A DNA stretch of 63,966 nucleotides, filler included, from Dicyema japonicum (taxonomy: Eukaryota > Animalia > Dicyemida): the NCBI GenBank assembly GCA_011109175.1. It is 4 parts of 4 records of this genome, joined end to end, with 100 filler letters (N's around TTAATTAATTAA, not from the genome) between each part and the next. Parts side by side here need not be neighbours in the genome. Positions count along the whole stretch, not along the records: positions 1 to 17,677 come from RDEW01000028.1; positions 17,778 to 32,713 come from RDEW01000060.1; 2 more parts are not named here. The stretch is one strand, 5' to 3'. Below, one piece after another: positions 11,663-24,479 of the stretch (positions within the stretch are counted from its first letter, which is position 1; each line of letters starts with the position of its first letter). Under the pieces are notes generated by a model. That model worked only from the letters and a program-made list of their open reading frames with translations. It was not told where the DNA came from and did no database searches. The position numbers and the translations under genes are program-made.

Positions 11663-14601
11663 TTAACAAACAATCGTTCCATCTTTAGTCTCTAATGCTT
11701 CTTGAATGTTTTGTTGACATGAGTATTCCAATATCTGGTTGCACATAGAGGCAACGATTTTGTCTCCAACCCATTTTTCCGTTTGTTCCATCATAATATC
11801 ACTCACATCAAGATACATTTTAGTGTCAAATCCTTGAAAACTGTCCTTGTGTGATATATTCACAGCCCTCACAAAAGTCGTGTATGCATCTTGACTTTCT
11901 ACAATCAAATTCACTATCTTTGCACAATCACTGTTGGAGATGTGAATGTTGTTAGTCCTCCTTCCTATTGCTTCATAATCCGGATTTGTTGCAACCACAT
12001 ACACCTCACTTGTTAGACTTGAACTATACTCTGTCTGACAGATAAAGACTTTTTGGAAGTAATTCCAAAATGTATTAATGTTCTTCAAATTAGATTTCAA
12101 TTCTGCTGACCCAAACAACTTCCATATTACTGTCACTGGATCTTCTGATGTCAATTTGGGCAACATTTCAATCATGTTCAATATTGCCTCATTCATTTCG
12201 TCGACATCTTTGATTGAAGCATCTGATATAATTAGATTAACATGTTGTATATCATCCGAAAATGAAGTCCCATGTCTTCTTATTTGTTATGTCATCTGAT
12301 TTTGACCAGTAGTTATCTGCATTGATACACATATCTATTTCTCTCTTCATTTAGCATCATCACAGCCAACGGAGCTTTTACAGCAGTTCCTCTTTTACTA
12401 AGGAAATCCATTCGTAAAAGTGTGTTAAATAATGTTTTGCACTTATACTTTCTTATGACAGCGCTGTCATCCTCCCACTTCCGTCTCCAACCACTATTGC
12501 ATTGTTTACGCTGTGTTTAATCATTCTTAAACAAACATTTTAGTTTGTAATGTGCTCCAGTGGACCATTCTGCTAGTCTTAATGAACTTACAAGAGAACA
12601 ATATAATCTTTTTGCTGATTTTTCCACTATGCAGATGGTATTTCCAGAGTTTCTTAGTTTGACAAATTGGCATTTCCTTCGTACTCATTGTAAATAGAAG
12701 ATAATCCTTTCTCATGTGTTATCTCAGGTTTCCCCATAAATCGCAAAGCATGCCTCACTTCGCTCTCACATAAATTGTAACATAACACTTCTCTCCCGAA
12801 AACACGTATTTGCATTTCATGGAAGGTCTTAACTTCTGGATCATTGATTATTTCCTGTATAACATTCAGCAAATACTCTTTCCCCAATTTTTCCACCTGA
12901 CTTCCACCAAAATGTGTTATTGCTACATGTAGTCCAACAAGCAGCACACCAAGGATATGAGGGTCTTTAAACTTCTTCAAATATCACCACTTTTCTTCTT
13001 AACACACTCTCATGTATCTTGTTTATCTTTTTAGAAATGTATAAATGTTGTAATGCATTTTGCAGTGTCCTCGCTAGACAGCTTGATGGTGGATTGTCCC
13101 CACCCCTAAAACTTGCAAGCGTCAAAAACATATTTAACAAAGTTCTGAGAATTATACATTGTGTTCAGTGGCTTTAATGTCTTCATGTCCATTATATTGA
13201 GTAAATATTCACTAATTATTCTATGCCCGTAGTACAAGTCCTGTCTTTCGTATCTTCGAAATATTGTGTTGTAAAAAGAGGACAAACTGATGCCATCAGT
13301 CAGCCTTGAAAATAATCAGTTGGTATCATATAATCATACACATACACAGGAAACAATTAATGATAGAGCACTTCATCATCCACATGACCAAAACCACATA
13401 GTACAATGCCATGGAATAACCCCACACTGTATGAAGCATCAATCCTAGAGACATCATCAATGTTTACAATGGATCAACTATCGCCTTCTGAAAATGATGG
13501 GGTTCTTATTTTTGTCTACATAAAGACTGTCGACATGTGGGAAAGATGGAATAATGTAAAGACATAAGGAGAATCTAGCCAAATGTCTTCTATGGGCCTT
13601 ATACAGCAATCTTTTTCAAAAAACACAATGAATCTTTGTCTCACTTTTACATTTAACGGAGTTAATGACATTTGCTCAGATAACAACACTTGTGCGTATA
13701 AGAGGGTAGCCTGATGCATAAAATCAAAGTTATCCTTCATTTTTATTCCAGAAAGGGTATCACTTGTCACATGTATGCAAGTGGGAACATTGTGTGAGCA
13801 TGGAAAATAACCTCCATTGCTCACCCTGCTGCATAAAAATCGATGAAGTGCTGTTCCTGTTCTCTTGGTGATTTTGTGAATATTCCTCAAGATCTTGATT
13901 GGTGTATGACTTTAAGTTGTTATTAACGAATTATATAAATTTGATCCTTCTTTAATGAACCAATTTATAGCTCTGCTCATCCGCAGTGCAGGATTCAATA
14001 TTGAGAATGATGTTGTCTTGTCTGTGCTTCTGTGCTTCACTCCCTATGTATGCATGGTGCCCCGAACTTGTTAAAAGTTGTCTATTGTATTCTTGTTTTA
14101 CCATGAGACTAATGAACCTTTGTCCTGGTTATTCTTCCCATCAATCATGAGATCACCACAATATTCAAAAGGGTGAGGGACAGTTGACCCTACTATGTTG
14201 TCACCCCATGACTCTGATCTTAACTCATCCGCGAACTTTTGAACAACATATGTTACTTAAGTTCCTCAAATTCCTTTTCTTAATCATAATGGTCAATGCC
14301 ATGTCCTCACATTTTTAGTTATAGCTTTAGCTCATGTGTGTATCTTTTCTTTTATTTAATTTGTATAGATCGAGAATTGTTAAAGAGGGACATTAAACCA
14401 TCAGCATAACCGTGAATGGTACTTGAGTAATACTCAAGAAAGAAAACGTGGGAAACAGGGCTGTATTGATCTCATATGTTCCACAAAGTCATTTCTGTTT
14501 TCAAAATGTACAGTTAAAATATCTTTAACATTTCTTTTTCTGTTGAAAATCATTCACCAGCACCATCCCTTGCGAAATTGCTCGCCCAGTACATATGATC
14601 T
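11663..14601 (-). pseudogene. L: Endogenous viral element: rhabdovirus (Mononegavirales) L polymerase gene, C-terminal ~950-1000 codons, decayed
   Basis: Motifs in correct order: SIQPCFPRFLS, GYADGLMSLFNNSRSI, LRSESWGDNIVGSTVPHP, AYIGS, RAINWFI, KRTGTALHRF, NFDFMHQATLLYAQ, SLRLAEWSTGAHYKL, VVGDGSGRMT, LIISD, IWKLF, QTEYSSSLTSEVYVV. Multiple stops and frameshifts. Confidence 0.95.
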
Positions 14602-14682
14602 NNNNNNNNNNNNNNNNNNNNNNNNNNNNNNNNNNNNNNNNNNNNNNNNNNNNNNNNNNNNNNNNNNNNNNNNNNNNNNNNN

Positions 14683-15494
14683 TCTTTTGTCCATATGATG
14701 CATAATCACATCGAAAATTTTTTTTAATCACACCGACATGGTCCGTAATTTCTGAAATGTCGAGTATTCTTTTGTCCATATGATGCATAATCACATCGAA
14801 AATTTTTTTTAATCACACCGACATGGTCCGTAATTTCTGAAATGTGTCGTATTCTTTTGTCCATATGATGCATAATCACATCGAAAATTTTTTTTAATCC
14901 CTCTCTTTTCCACCAACAACCCAATGCCCTTCGTGCCAGGTACCTCTTTCGTATTTTCGATGAAAATATTTTGTTTCATTCACTTCTACGACAATTGGCA
15001 ACATAGTTTCTGGGTTAATTCCACCGAGAGAACAAGGATGGTCCTCGACCCACTTTACGCATACATCACGTAACAAGTTTCCTCAATCAATTGATGTTTT
15101 TTTAAAGTCTGATCGAGATTCTTTGCTGCAGATAATCGTTTCTGAGTTGAGTGCCCAAAAAATAGATATAGTCCAAAATTTGCTTCAATTCAAGATGACT
15201 ATGTGAGAAGCTGCCATCTCGAATCGATTTTGAGAAATTGCATGTTTTACATTTCCACTTTAATTTGTCGAGTCGGGATTTGTCAGAAAGAAGACGGCAA
15301 TCCGTGCTGCAGTTTTCGCATTTCATCGAATTTTTGATAAGCTGATATTGAGCCAACAAATTGACCGTATCTTGCGTGGTCATTGTTATTTCCACAAAAT
15401 CTCGGTGATTCAATTCAAATAGTAACAAATCATATGTTGGTTGAGTATTATTAACAATAATAGTCGATGCAGACGGCCTTCCACGAGACATCAT
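14683..15494 (-). mobile_element. Merlin (IS1595/ISXO2-like) DNA transposon fragment
   Basis: N-terminal CxxC...WKCKTCNFSKSIRDGSF, then VVEVNETKYFHRKYERGTWHEGHWVVGG (Merlin VEIDE..RKY.RG..W..GG type). The 3' part contains ~71-bp tandem copies. Confidence 0.8.
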
Positions 15495-15849
15495 TCAAAA
15501 ATACTGTTAAAGCGTTGCAGATAATAATTATTTTGATAATTATATTAATTTATTTGCGATTTCTAATCAAAATTGGTTTCTTATGATTTTAAGACGCTAA
15601 AACACGATATCGCTATGTCCTGTCCTTCTTGTATCTCGATGTCAACTGTGGAATGTTTTATAATAAACTAGCTGGCCAGCTCGCTTCGCTCACGGCCATC
15701 TAGCTCCTGCGGAGGGCTTGAACCTCGCTTCGCTCGGTTATTTTTTAGGGAAAACTTAGGAATACAATTTTTTACAAAGACTTTTAAAATAAATTTTCAA
15801 ACAAATATATTAAGAGCTAATGCTTTATTAAAGAAATCAACAATAGAGA

Positions 15850-17138
15850 TTAATGTAAAGCTTTTTGATAGACTATGTTTTCGGTTTTACCTTCGTTTGC
15901 AAAAATATAAAGATTTTCACTTGATGTAACCCGTGAGCATCCAACATATAATTGTCCATGTGAAAAACATCCACTTTCGAGATTTAAACCTACAATTTTT
16001 AATGTCTGTCCTTGGGATTTATTAATCGTCATTGCAAAACATAATTTGATTGGAAATTGCAAGCGTTTGAAATGAATTCCCATGTCTTCTGATATGAGAG
16101 GTATTTTCGGAATTAAGACATCTTCGTCATTTCCATATCCATTAATAATTACGGCATGTATTATATTGGGATAGACTCGTTTGACCACCATTCTGGTACC
16201 GTTGCACAATTTTGGTGGATAAAGATTTCTAAGAAGCATTATTGGTGCTCCTATTTTCAAATTTAATATGTGTTGTGGAAATCCAGGGATATCCAAAGAA
16301 TTTAAAAATTCTGTTGGATAATTGCATGCATTATCTTCTGTAATGACTTTATCTATGCTTTTAAGTTCATATATTTCTCCAGGAATTTCATTTAATAATT
16401 TCATGTTAATTGAATCAACTTCATTATTTCTTGGTGCTAATATTGCTCTTTCACTCAACCATGAATAATTTAAGTAGTTTTTTTTCATATTTGTGTACAC
16501 GGAATTTAACAATTCTCTAAAGAATTTTCTTGTACTCCAAAAGATCTAGGGATTGTTATTTTGTGTGTTATTTTATCAGAGACAATATTACCGTTCCCGA
16601 TATCCAAAAGAATTTTTTCGAAATTAGTTTTATTTTCTTTATGGTTATTTTGTAAACGCATATTTTTTTTCAAATGAAATTTTTCAATATTTTCCCATAA
16701 GTATGAAGTCTTTAAACATGCATTTATTTCATCAGCTGGTGTGCCGCGTTTAATAATAGGCAACGTTTGCCTAAAATCTCCAGCAATCAAAACGGACACA
16801 CCTCCAAAAATACGTTCATTTTTTCGAATATCTTTCAAAGTTTTGTCCAATGCCTCAAATCCCCTTTTATGAGCCATTGTACATTCATCCCAAATAATCA
16901 ATTTACATTTTTGAAGTATTAAGCCACTTTTCGAATTTTTTTTAATATTGCAGACAACCTCTTCAAAATATGATAAATCAAACGGTAATTTGAATACTGA
17001 ATGTGCTGTACGACCTCCATAAAGAAGCGTAGCAGCAATTCCTGAAGAAGCAACTGCAATCACAATATCATTTTCATAACGTAATTTTGCTAATATTAGA
17101 TTGAGTAGAAAAGTTTTTACCGGTACCTCCAGGTGCAT
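15850..17138 (-). CDS. Helitron PIF1-type helicase (two overlapping ORFs, one frameshift)
   Basis: VASSGIAATLL.GGRTAHS, IIWDECTM, AGDFRQTLP, RAILAPRN, LCNGTR, RLQFPIKLCFAMTINKSQGQTL, FSHGQLYVGCSRV. Confidence 0.92.
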
Positions 17139-17208
17139 CCAACTTTTTTTCTAACTTCGAAAAATAGAATTAATATATACTAAAATAAACAACTCTTTTT
17201 CTGAGATT

Positions 17209-17600
17209 TCAATTTCTAATTTGAAAATTTTTTTTAGTTCCTATTGTTCTTAAATAACTTCTAAAAATAGAATTAATATATGTTACAGGTTGGACATTGT
17301 AACTTCTTAATTTTAAGTTTTGAATGTTTTTGAAAAATCGATTTTTTAATGGGGGAGCGTGGTTAAAAAAGTGGAATCTCACTTTTAAACACTTAATTTT
17401 AAATTTTGAATGTTTTTGAAAAATCGATTTTTTAAATGGGGAGCGTGTGTTAAAAAAGTGAAATCTCACTTTTAAACACTTAATTTTAAGTATTTCTGTT
17501 TTTGAAAAATCGATTTTTTAAATGGGGAGCGTGGTTAAAAAAGTGGAATCTCACTTGTAACCACTTAAGTTTCGAATGTTTTTGAAAAATCAATAAGTAT
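17209..17600. repeat. ~85-bp tandem repeat (~4 units) inside the Helitron 5' region
   Basis: Repeated TTTTTGAAAAATCGATTTTTAA..GGGGAGCGTGGTTAAAAAAGTGGAATCTCAC. Confidence 0.85.
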
Positions 17601-17677
17601 ATACATACAAATATAATATAATATATATATAAAACTAAATAGTGTTTCTATTTTTATATATATAGATCAGCGTTTCC

Positions 17678-17777
17678 NNNNNNNNNNNNNNNNNNNNNNN
17701 NNNNNNNNNNNNNNNNNNNNNTTAATTAATTAANNNNNNNNNNNNNNNNNNNNNNNNNNNNNNNNNNNNNNNNNNNN
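17678..17777. other. Artificial scaffold-joining linker
   Basis: 44 N + TTAATTAATTAA (stops in all frames) + 44 N. Confidence 0.97.
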
Positions 17778-20700
17778 TTACATGATTTAGATGTAGTGAC
17801 AAAATATGAAAATAGGACCAATGTACTGAAAAGTCAAGATTTTTAATATTTTTCTGTTGAATTTTATTGTAGCGTCAAAAGCAACATTTTAGTGGATTTT
17901 CTATAAAATCTGTGAATTTGAATTTCTTATTAATTACATTATTATTGTATGACCATAAAATCACTGTTAACAAGATTCGTACCCCATGTTTATATTATAA
18001 TGGTCTAATTTTGTCTTCAATGATGAGCGAGGCAATTTATAAACACTAGAAGAGCTATAATACCTATCAGAGCTTATACAGAGGAAAGGTATTAGTTACC
18101 AAATATTTTACTTATATTTATTTAGAACCCCGTGATCACCTAGAAAGACAGAAAAAACGTCAGACAATTAGGCAATTTTAGTTCCCGCAATCAATATAGC
18201 TGCTCAACGTCTATGGTCTTCTTTGAAGCGACTGTCTGAGATGAATAACGTGCATATTGATCGTAGTCAGTGGTACTATTTTCAATGGAAAGATAAATCT
18301 AAATCAGAAAATGGATGTGTGATTCATGAGAATTGTTGAGAATTTGCAAAATGTCATTTCTCCACAGGTGACTGTTTTGCTATCTTGTAAAAATGGAAAG
18401 ATAAATCTAAATCAGAAAATGGATGTGTGATTCATGAGAATTGTTGAGAATTTGCAAAATGTGATTTCTCCACAAGTGACTGTTTTGCTATCTTGTAAAT
18501 TATTATTATTAAAAACCAAAAATCACGGACAAATTAAATAACTACATAGCCGTCACGTGATTCCGGCCGCATCAGTAGCCATCTCATTCTTGCTCGGTGT
18601 TCTTTTTAGGTTCCAAAGCATTTCCGGATTGGGTGGAAGTTGCTAACTTTTTTGGAGGGTAGTAAGGCTCCGATTTTCCTCACTAAATCCTCAATGATGT
18701 CGGTAGGATCAATTAATTGATTTAAAGAAAATAAAGTTATTCGTTTATCGAAATTAGAATAATTTTACTATAAAATTTTTTTAATTTTTTAATTTTAAAA
18801 TATACGTAGTCTCGTTTAAAAATCATTGATGAATTTTTAATTTCTGACAAGTTGACTCCAATTAGGTCGTTTTTGTGAATTCTCAAGCGGTCAGTGAACT
18901 CTGTCCGGAATAGTTAATCGCTTATTTGATCACTTGTGAATTTTGAAAAATTGTCTTAGATTTATGTTTTAGTGTTGATTATTTTTTAATCAACACGGTT
19001 TTTTCTATTTGGAAACGATTATTTTAAAAAACCTGCAGGTTGTTGTAATTTGATGGCGCAAATATTAATTTTTCTGCTGTCATTATGAAAAGGTCTCCAC
19101 TATGGCCTGCAGGTATCACGCAATGAGAGTTACTTTTTATGATCACGGACCAGATGTGCTGGAAGAGCTATCATGTCATTCTATACTCTCCTTTCTGCAG
19201 TTTTTCCGAAAGTAACCTGCTCAGACCAAGCCCGTTAGATGCATAAACGAAGATTGGTTGGATTAGGAATCGATCCCCAATACCGCGGTACTTCTTCCCT
19301 TTGGGATCTTCAACAATACTCATAGTGGAAACTAGTCACAACGAAGACTTGAGCATATTCGCATTTATNTGCGAGAGTAACTTACTCAGACCAAGCCCGT
19401 CAGATGCATAAACGAAGATTGGCTGGATTGAGAATCGATCCCCAATACCGCTGTACTTCTTCCCTTTGGAATCTTCAACAATACTCATAGTGGAAACCAG
19501 TCACAACGAAGACTTGAGCATATTCGCATTTATGAAAGTATCTATACACTTTTAATCAAAACCAAGACATCCTTGTCTCTAAGGCACAGTTGTTACGCTA
19601 TCTGGCCTTTTGTCATCACCTCTGTTTAGTCTGACGGGTTTCAGGAGGCAAGCAAACCCTGAAGTATTCGATATCCCACATGACAGGAGAGTTTAAAATT
19701 GCGCGGAGAGTATTTCCCGACACTCCTTCCGCATGACCTTCCTGTAGTGCTTTCCTGCATTGATATTCCAGACAGACGTCAAGGCATAGCCGAACAGCAA
19801 CTCCAACGCGAAATGTATTCCCATCAGCAGAGTACCAACTTTCGTGAAGGCATTGAACCAAGACACCGAATTCTCAGCGAACTCCGTATTTAGACATGTG
19901 ATATCTGCGGACCTTCTAAATTCTTTTAGCGCATTTTAAGGATATCATCTAGGCATATCTAGATAAAAAATTTTCGTCCATTTAAACGTCCCAATCCCTT
20001 CAAGAGTCTCCTGCAAGATGACTGTCCAAAATCTTGTGATCGGAAAATTTATCTAATTTTAGAAAATAAAATTGTTTTTTTCAAAAACGGGTATTTATCA
20101 TTTTTAAATGACGCCTTCAGAAATTTTATGTCACACTAAAAGCTTGCCGTAGTTATTTTTAATAGTGATGTATTATTATTGTCACCCCCAGGCTCACTGG
20201 GTCAAAGAGAAAGAAATAAACGTTCTCAACTAACTAAGTGATTCCAGGCTGACAAGAGAGAGGACGAGTACAGCGTGTTCGAGAATCCTGTACCGCTATT
20301 TTCTTCAGACACGGCATCGTTCAAATTTTCTGTATGATTGTAGATAATTCGAAAGTGTCTGAACAGAGTGCAGCTCGGTAAGCTAGTCGCCTTTCAGAGT
20401 TCTGTGTAATTAGATTAAGAAGTTTTCAATGGGCTGGATTTTATCTCCTGGTCCAATTAACCTTGATGTATTATTAAATATTATAAATATATTTAAATTT
20501 GAAAATTTTTTAAATAAAATATAAACAAATCGGTTTAATTGTCCCTGTTTTAATGTTATTTTTTTAATTATTTTATGTCACCTTTTTTAAAATCAAACAA
20601 AAGTATGTTGCATTCAACCATTAGGTTACGCATAGCGCATGTGACATACGTTTAAGCATTAGATAACACGTAAAGTCTGTTAGTTAAGTTCAAGCATTAG

Positions 20701-20859
20701 GTAACGCGTAGCGCTTGCGACATATTATGTAATCAAATGGAATAATCTTCGGGAAAAAATAGTAAACTTTATTTTCACTTTTTACAGATAAATCATATTC
20801 TGGTTCGATCGTCATCCTGAGAGAGGTTAGGCAGCCGCTATATGACCATTTACTCTCTT

Positions 20860-21244
20860 TTCTTCTTATTATTATTTAAACACTCTACTTATAGCCCCTC
20901 ATGTGCAGCATAAGAAGCAATGTTAGATGTCATCCTTTTCCATGCTCCTTTGTTCCTAGCAAAGGCTCTCAGTGTCCAGGTCGCCTGCAGTTTTTAAATT
21001 TTTTCAATATTAACCAGGTCTTTTTGTTAAACTATTGATAGTGTTGTCTAGGTCTTTCACTATAGCAGATTTCTTGACTAACATAGTATGTTTCCATAGA
21101 TATGTTCGGTGGGGATGTTAATTTCATCATCAGCACGTGTCCGAAGAGCTTCCATTGGGATTCCAGAACTTCTAAAATGATAAGTCTAGTGCTGCATCTC
21201 TCATATAATCATTTCTCGATATTCTCGTAGGCCAAGTAGTTCCT
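20860..21244 (-). mobile_element. RTE-clade LINE, 3' end
   Basis: FGHVL..., KTAGDLDT..FARNKGAWKRM; (TAA)n-like tail at ~20868-20876. Confidence 0.65.
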
Positions 21245-21650
21245 NNNNNNNNNNNNNNNNNNNNNNNNNNNNNNNNNNNNNNNNNNNNNNNNNNNNNNNN
21301 NNNNNNNNNNNNNNNNNNNNNNNNNNNNNNNNNNNNNNNNNNNNNNNNNNNNNNNNNNNNNNNNNNNNNNNNNNNNNNNNNNNNNNNNNNNNNNNNNNNN
21401 NNNNNNNNNNNNNNNNNNNNNNNNNNNNNNNNNNNNNNNNNNNNNNNNNNNNNNNNNNNNNNNNNNNNNNNNNNNNNNNNNNNNNNNNNNNNNNNNNNNN
21501 NNNNNNNNNNNNNNNNNNNNNNNNNNNNNNNNNNNNNNNNNNNNNNNNNNNNNNNNNNNNNNNNNNNNNNNNNNNNNNNNNNNNNNNNNNNNNNNNNNNN
21601 NNNNNNNNNNNNNNNNNNNNNNNNNNNNNNNNNNNNNNNNNNNNNNNNNN

Positions 21651-23400
21651 NAACGAGAACATTCCTTACGTAATCGTCAAAATTGACATTAAAAATGTTT
21701 TCAACTCGATACGACGTGATACAAATCTGGAGGATTGTTTCACATACTACCTATCAGTGTACAGCTATATTCATGACTCGTACGGAAAATAATCCAGTCT
21801 GGTACACACATCCCTGGAGTCCAACAAGGAGACCCACTGGGGCCTGCCTTATTCAGCCTGGGAATTGCCCGAATCACAGGATATTGTTCCACTCCTCTAA
21901 GAGTATGATATCTGGATAATTGCACCATGGGCGGCCATCCGAAGGATGTACTAGACTGTTTAAAAAGTCTGATAGTCCAAATGGAATCTCTATGCCTAAC
22001 TCTAAACACAACGAAGTGTGAAATTATCAATTTTTGATTTCCGCAGCCTGAATGGAATTTGATCCTTGATATGCTCAGAGAGATCATTCCGAAAGCTATT
22101 GAAACCAAATCAGAACAACTGGAAATACTTTGATTCTCTCTTACTGATGTTGGAATCAGTAACACTCTAAGAACAAAAGAACATCAACTAAAAACAACAT
22201 TTAGACGTCTGGAGATGTNCAATTTTGGATTTCCACAGTCTGAATGGGATCTGATCCTTGGTATGTTCAGAGAGATCATTCCGAAAGCCACAGAAACCAA
22301 ATCAGAACAGCTGGAAATACTTGGATGTCTTCTTACTGATGCTGGAATCAGTAACACTTTAAGAACAAAAGAACATCAACTAAAAACAACATTTAGACGT
22401 CTGGAGATGCTGGACGCACACACCTCCCTATTCCTCCTGAGAAACGCCTTATCATCACAGAAACTGAACTACGTTCTTCGGGGGGCACCCTGCTACTTGA
22501 AAATGCAACAGCTCGATGCTATCGATTCCCTCTTCCGGAGTACTATTGAACGTATCACAAATGTGAAATTTGACGACCAAGGGTGGGACCAAGCGACCCT
22601 ACCCGTTAGCCTGGGCGGACTGGGAATCCCTTCAACGAAAGATCTGGCTTGCCCTGCTTATCTATCCTCTTTGGGCTCCAGCCGACTGCTGGTCAGGATG
22701 ATTCTCCAACTCCAAACAGAATCATCTGAAATCACAGAGATGGAGCATTTGAAGGGGATGATGCCTGAGCAGAAAGATCGTTACAGGACCATCTGCGAGG
22801 ATAAATATGAGAGGCTTCTGAACCAATCAAACCAACACAGACGTGCCTGTCTAGTCACTGGAAGATGCGAATCGAGTGGCGCATGGATCAATGCACTCCC
22901 AGTTGGCAGTGTCGGGACCCATCTTGACGACGATATTGTCCGCATCGGCATCTCCACCAGACTTGGACTGGAGATTTGCCGGACCCATAAATGCCGATGT
23001 GGCGCAACCGTCGATTGTTATGGACTCCATGCCCTCTCTTGTCGAAGGAGTGCAGGACGATTCCCAAGACACAAGGCGATCAACGGAATTGTCAAGCGAG
23101 CCCTGGAGTCTGCGGGATACCCAGCCATACTAGAACCTGTTGGTCTGGACAGAGGAGACGGAAGCGATCAACGGAATTGTCAAGCGAGCCCTGGAGTCTG
23201 CGGGATACCCAGCCATACTAGAACTTGTTTGTCTGGACAGAGGAGACGGAAAACGTCCCGACGGGATCACAATTTTCCCATTCGAAGAGGGGAAACCTTT
23301 GGTCTGAAACGCTACTTGTGTCGACACGCTTTGCCCGTCCAACATTGTCGGGAGCCGGGTAGACACATTGTGCAAGCATATTCACTGAGCATTTAAAAAC
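21651..23400 (+). mobile_element. CRE-clade non-LTR retrotransposon (RT + RLE), degraded
   Basis: DIKNVFNSI, GVQQGDPLGPALFSLGI, QATLPVSLGGLG, CRCGATVDCYGLHALSC, RHKAINGIV, ILEPVGLDRGDGKRPDGITIFP, LV(W)NATCVDT. Confidence 0.85.
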
Positions 23401-24479
23401 TCTTCAATCTCTTACAAGAAATCTTCCTATACGATTTTCTCCATCGATCTAGGACTGAAAGAAGATTTAGAGGTTATACCAAATGAAGACCCTATTCTGC
23501 AACAAAGGAGTTGCCCTTAAGATTTGATTTTAAATTCAATCCGTCTAAAATGGAAGGAACTTGGATAGTTATCATGTATTTACTAAAATTAGGTAATACT
23601 AGGAAGCTCTAACATTATTATCATAATTCCACAAAATATTTATTATTTGAATATAAGCCTTGACGCTAAAAAAATGCGCATAGATGATTCTTGGATGGTT
23701 CCTTATTCTAGTAGTTATAAAAAATGAGGAAAATATCAGTAAGGAATTGGATGCATGCTCAATAGGAGACATAGCTAACCCATGTGGGACAATTAAATAA
23801 TTTATAGGTTTGAGTAACTTGATTGAAGTTTTTAACACGGAATCGTTGAGAAATTTAGATTTTGTGTATTCCAATAAAGTAAAAATTACTAAATAAAATA
23901 TAATTTAAAATTATTAAATTTAATTCAAAAAAATTACATATTTTAGGTAAATTATACAAACAGAATAATTTTCGAAAATTACTTAAAACAAAAAATTGGT
24001 TTGGCTACACGTCCTGATGTCCGAAAAATAATAAATCACGAATATGACAGTTTGGAACTCAAGAAACTCTTAATAGAGTACTTAAAGGCTGAGTTAAGGG
24101 AGGAATTAACTTTGACAATTGTGAATNNNNNNNNNNNNNNNNNNNNNNNNNNNNNNNNNNNNNNNNNNNNNNNNNNNNNNNNNNNNNNNNNNNNNNNNNN
24201 NNNNNNNNNNNNNNNNNNNNNNNNNNNNNNNNNNNNNNNNNNNNNNNNNNNNNNNNNNNNNNNNNNNNNNNNNNNNNNNNNNNNNNNNNNNNNNNNNNNN
24301 NNNNNNNNNNNNNNNNNNNNNNNNNNNNNNNNNNNNNNNNNNNNNNNNNNNNNNNNNNNNNNNNNNNNNNNNNNNNGTTGGATATGATCCCCAGTATTTT
24401 GATAGAGTTAGTGGTGGGGATTGACGTTTTATTAAGTTCAAAATGATCCAAGTTCCCGTAACGCTAATCCATGATTTGA

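Larger units (their letters stand above)
15668..17666 (-). mobile_element. Helitron, ~2.0 kb, both termini present, Rep domain absent
   Basis: Minus-strand 5' end A|TCTATATATATAAAAATAG at 17666; 3' end GGCCGTGAGCGAAGCGAGCTGGCCAG-CTAG|T at 15668; A|T target site; internal PIF1 helicase. Confidence 0.9.

Noticed and set aside
11300-15668. Helitron read-through capture of Merlin plus the viral EVE
   Set aside because: No hairpin-CTAG|T terminus is found beyond the EVE, and the Helitron has a clean A|T insertion of its own.
17722-17733. TTAATTAATTAA palindrome between N runs (also at ~32758 and ~62327)
   Set aside because: Identical 44N-12-44N construct three times: an artificial six-frame-stop linker, not biology.
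19200-19540. Near-identical direct duplications joined by a single N (also ~22020-22400, 28560-28900, 34000-34200, 55010-55240, 61500-61940)
   Set aside because: Most likely overlapping contig ends or haplotypes left by gap filling.
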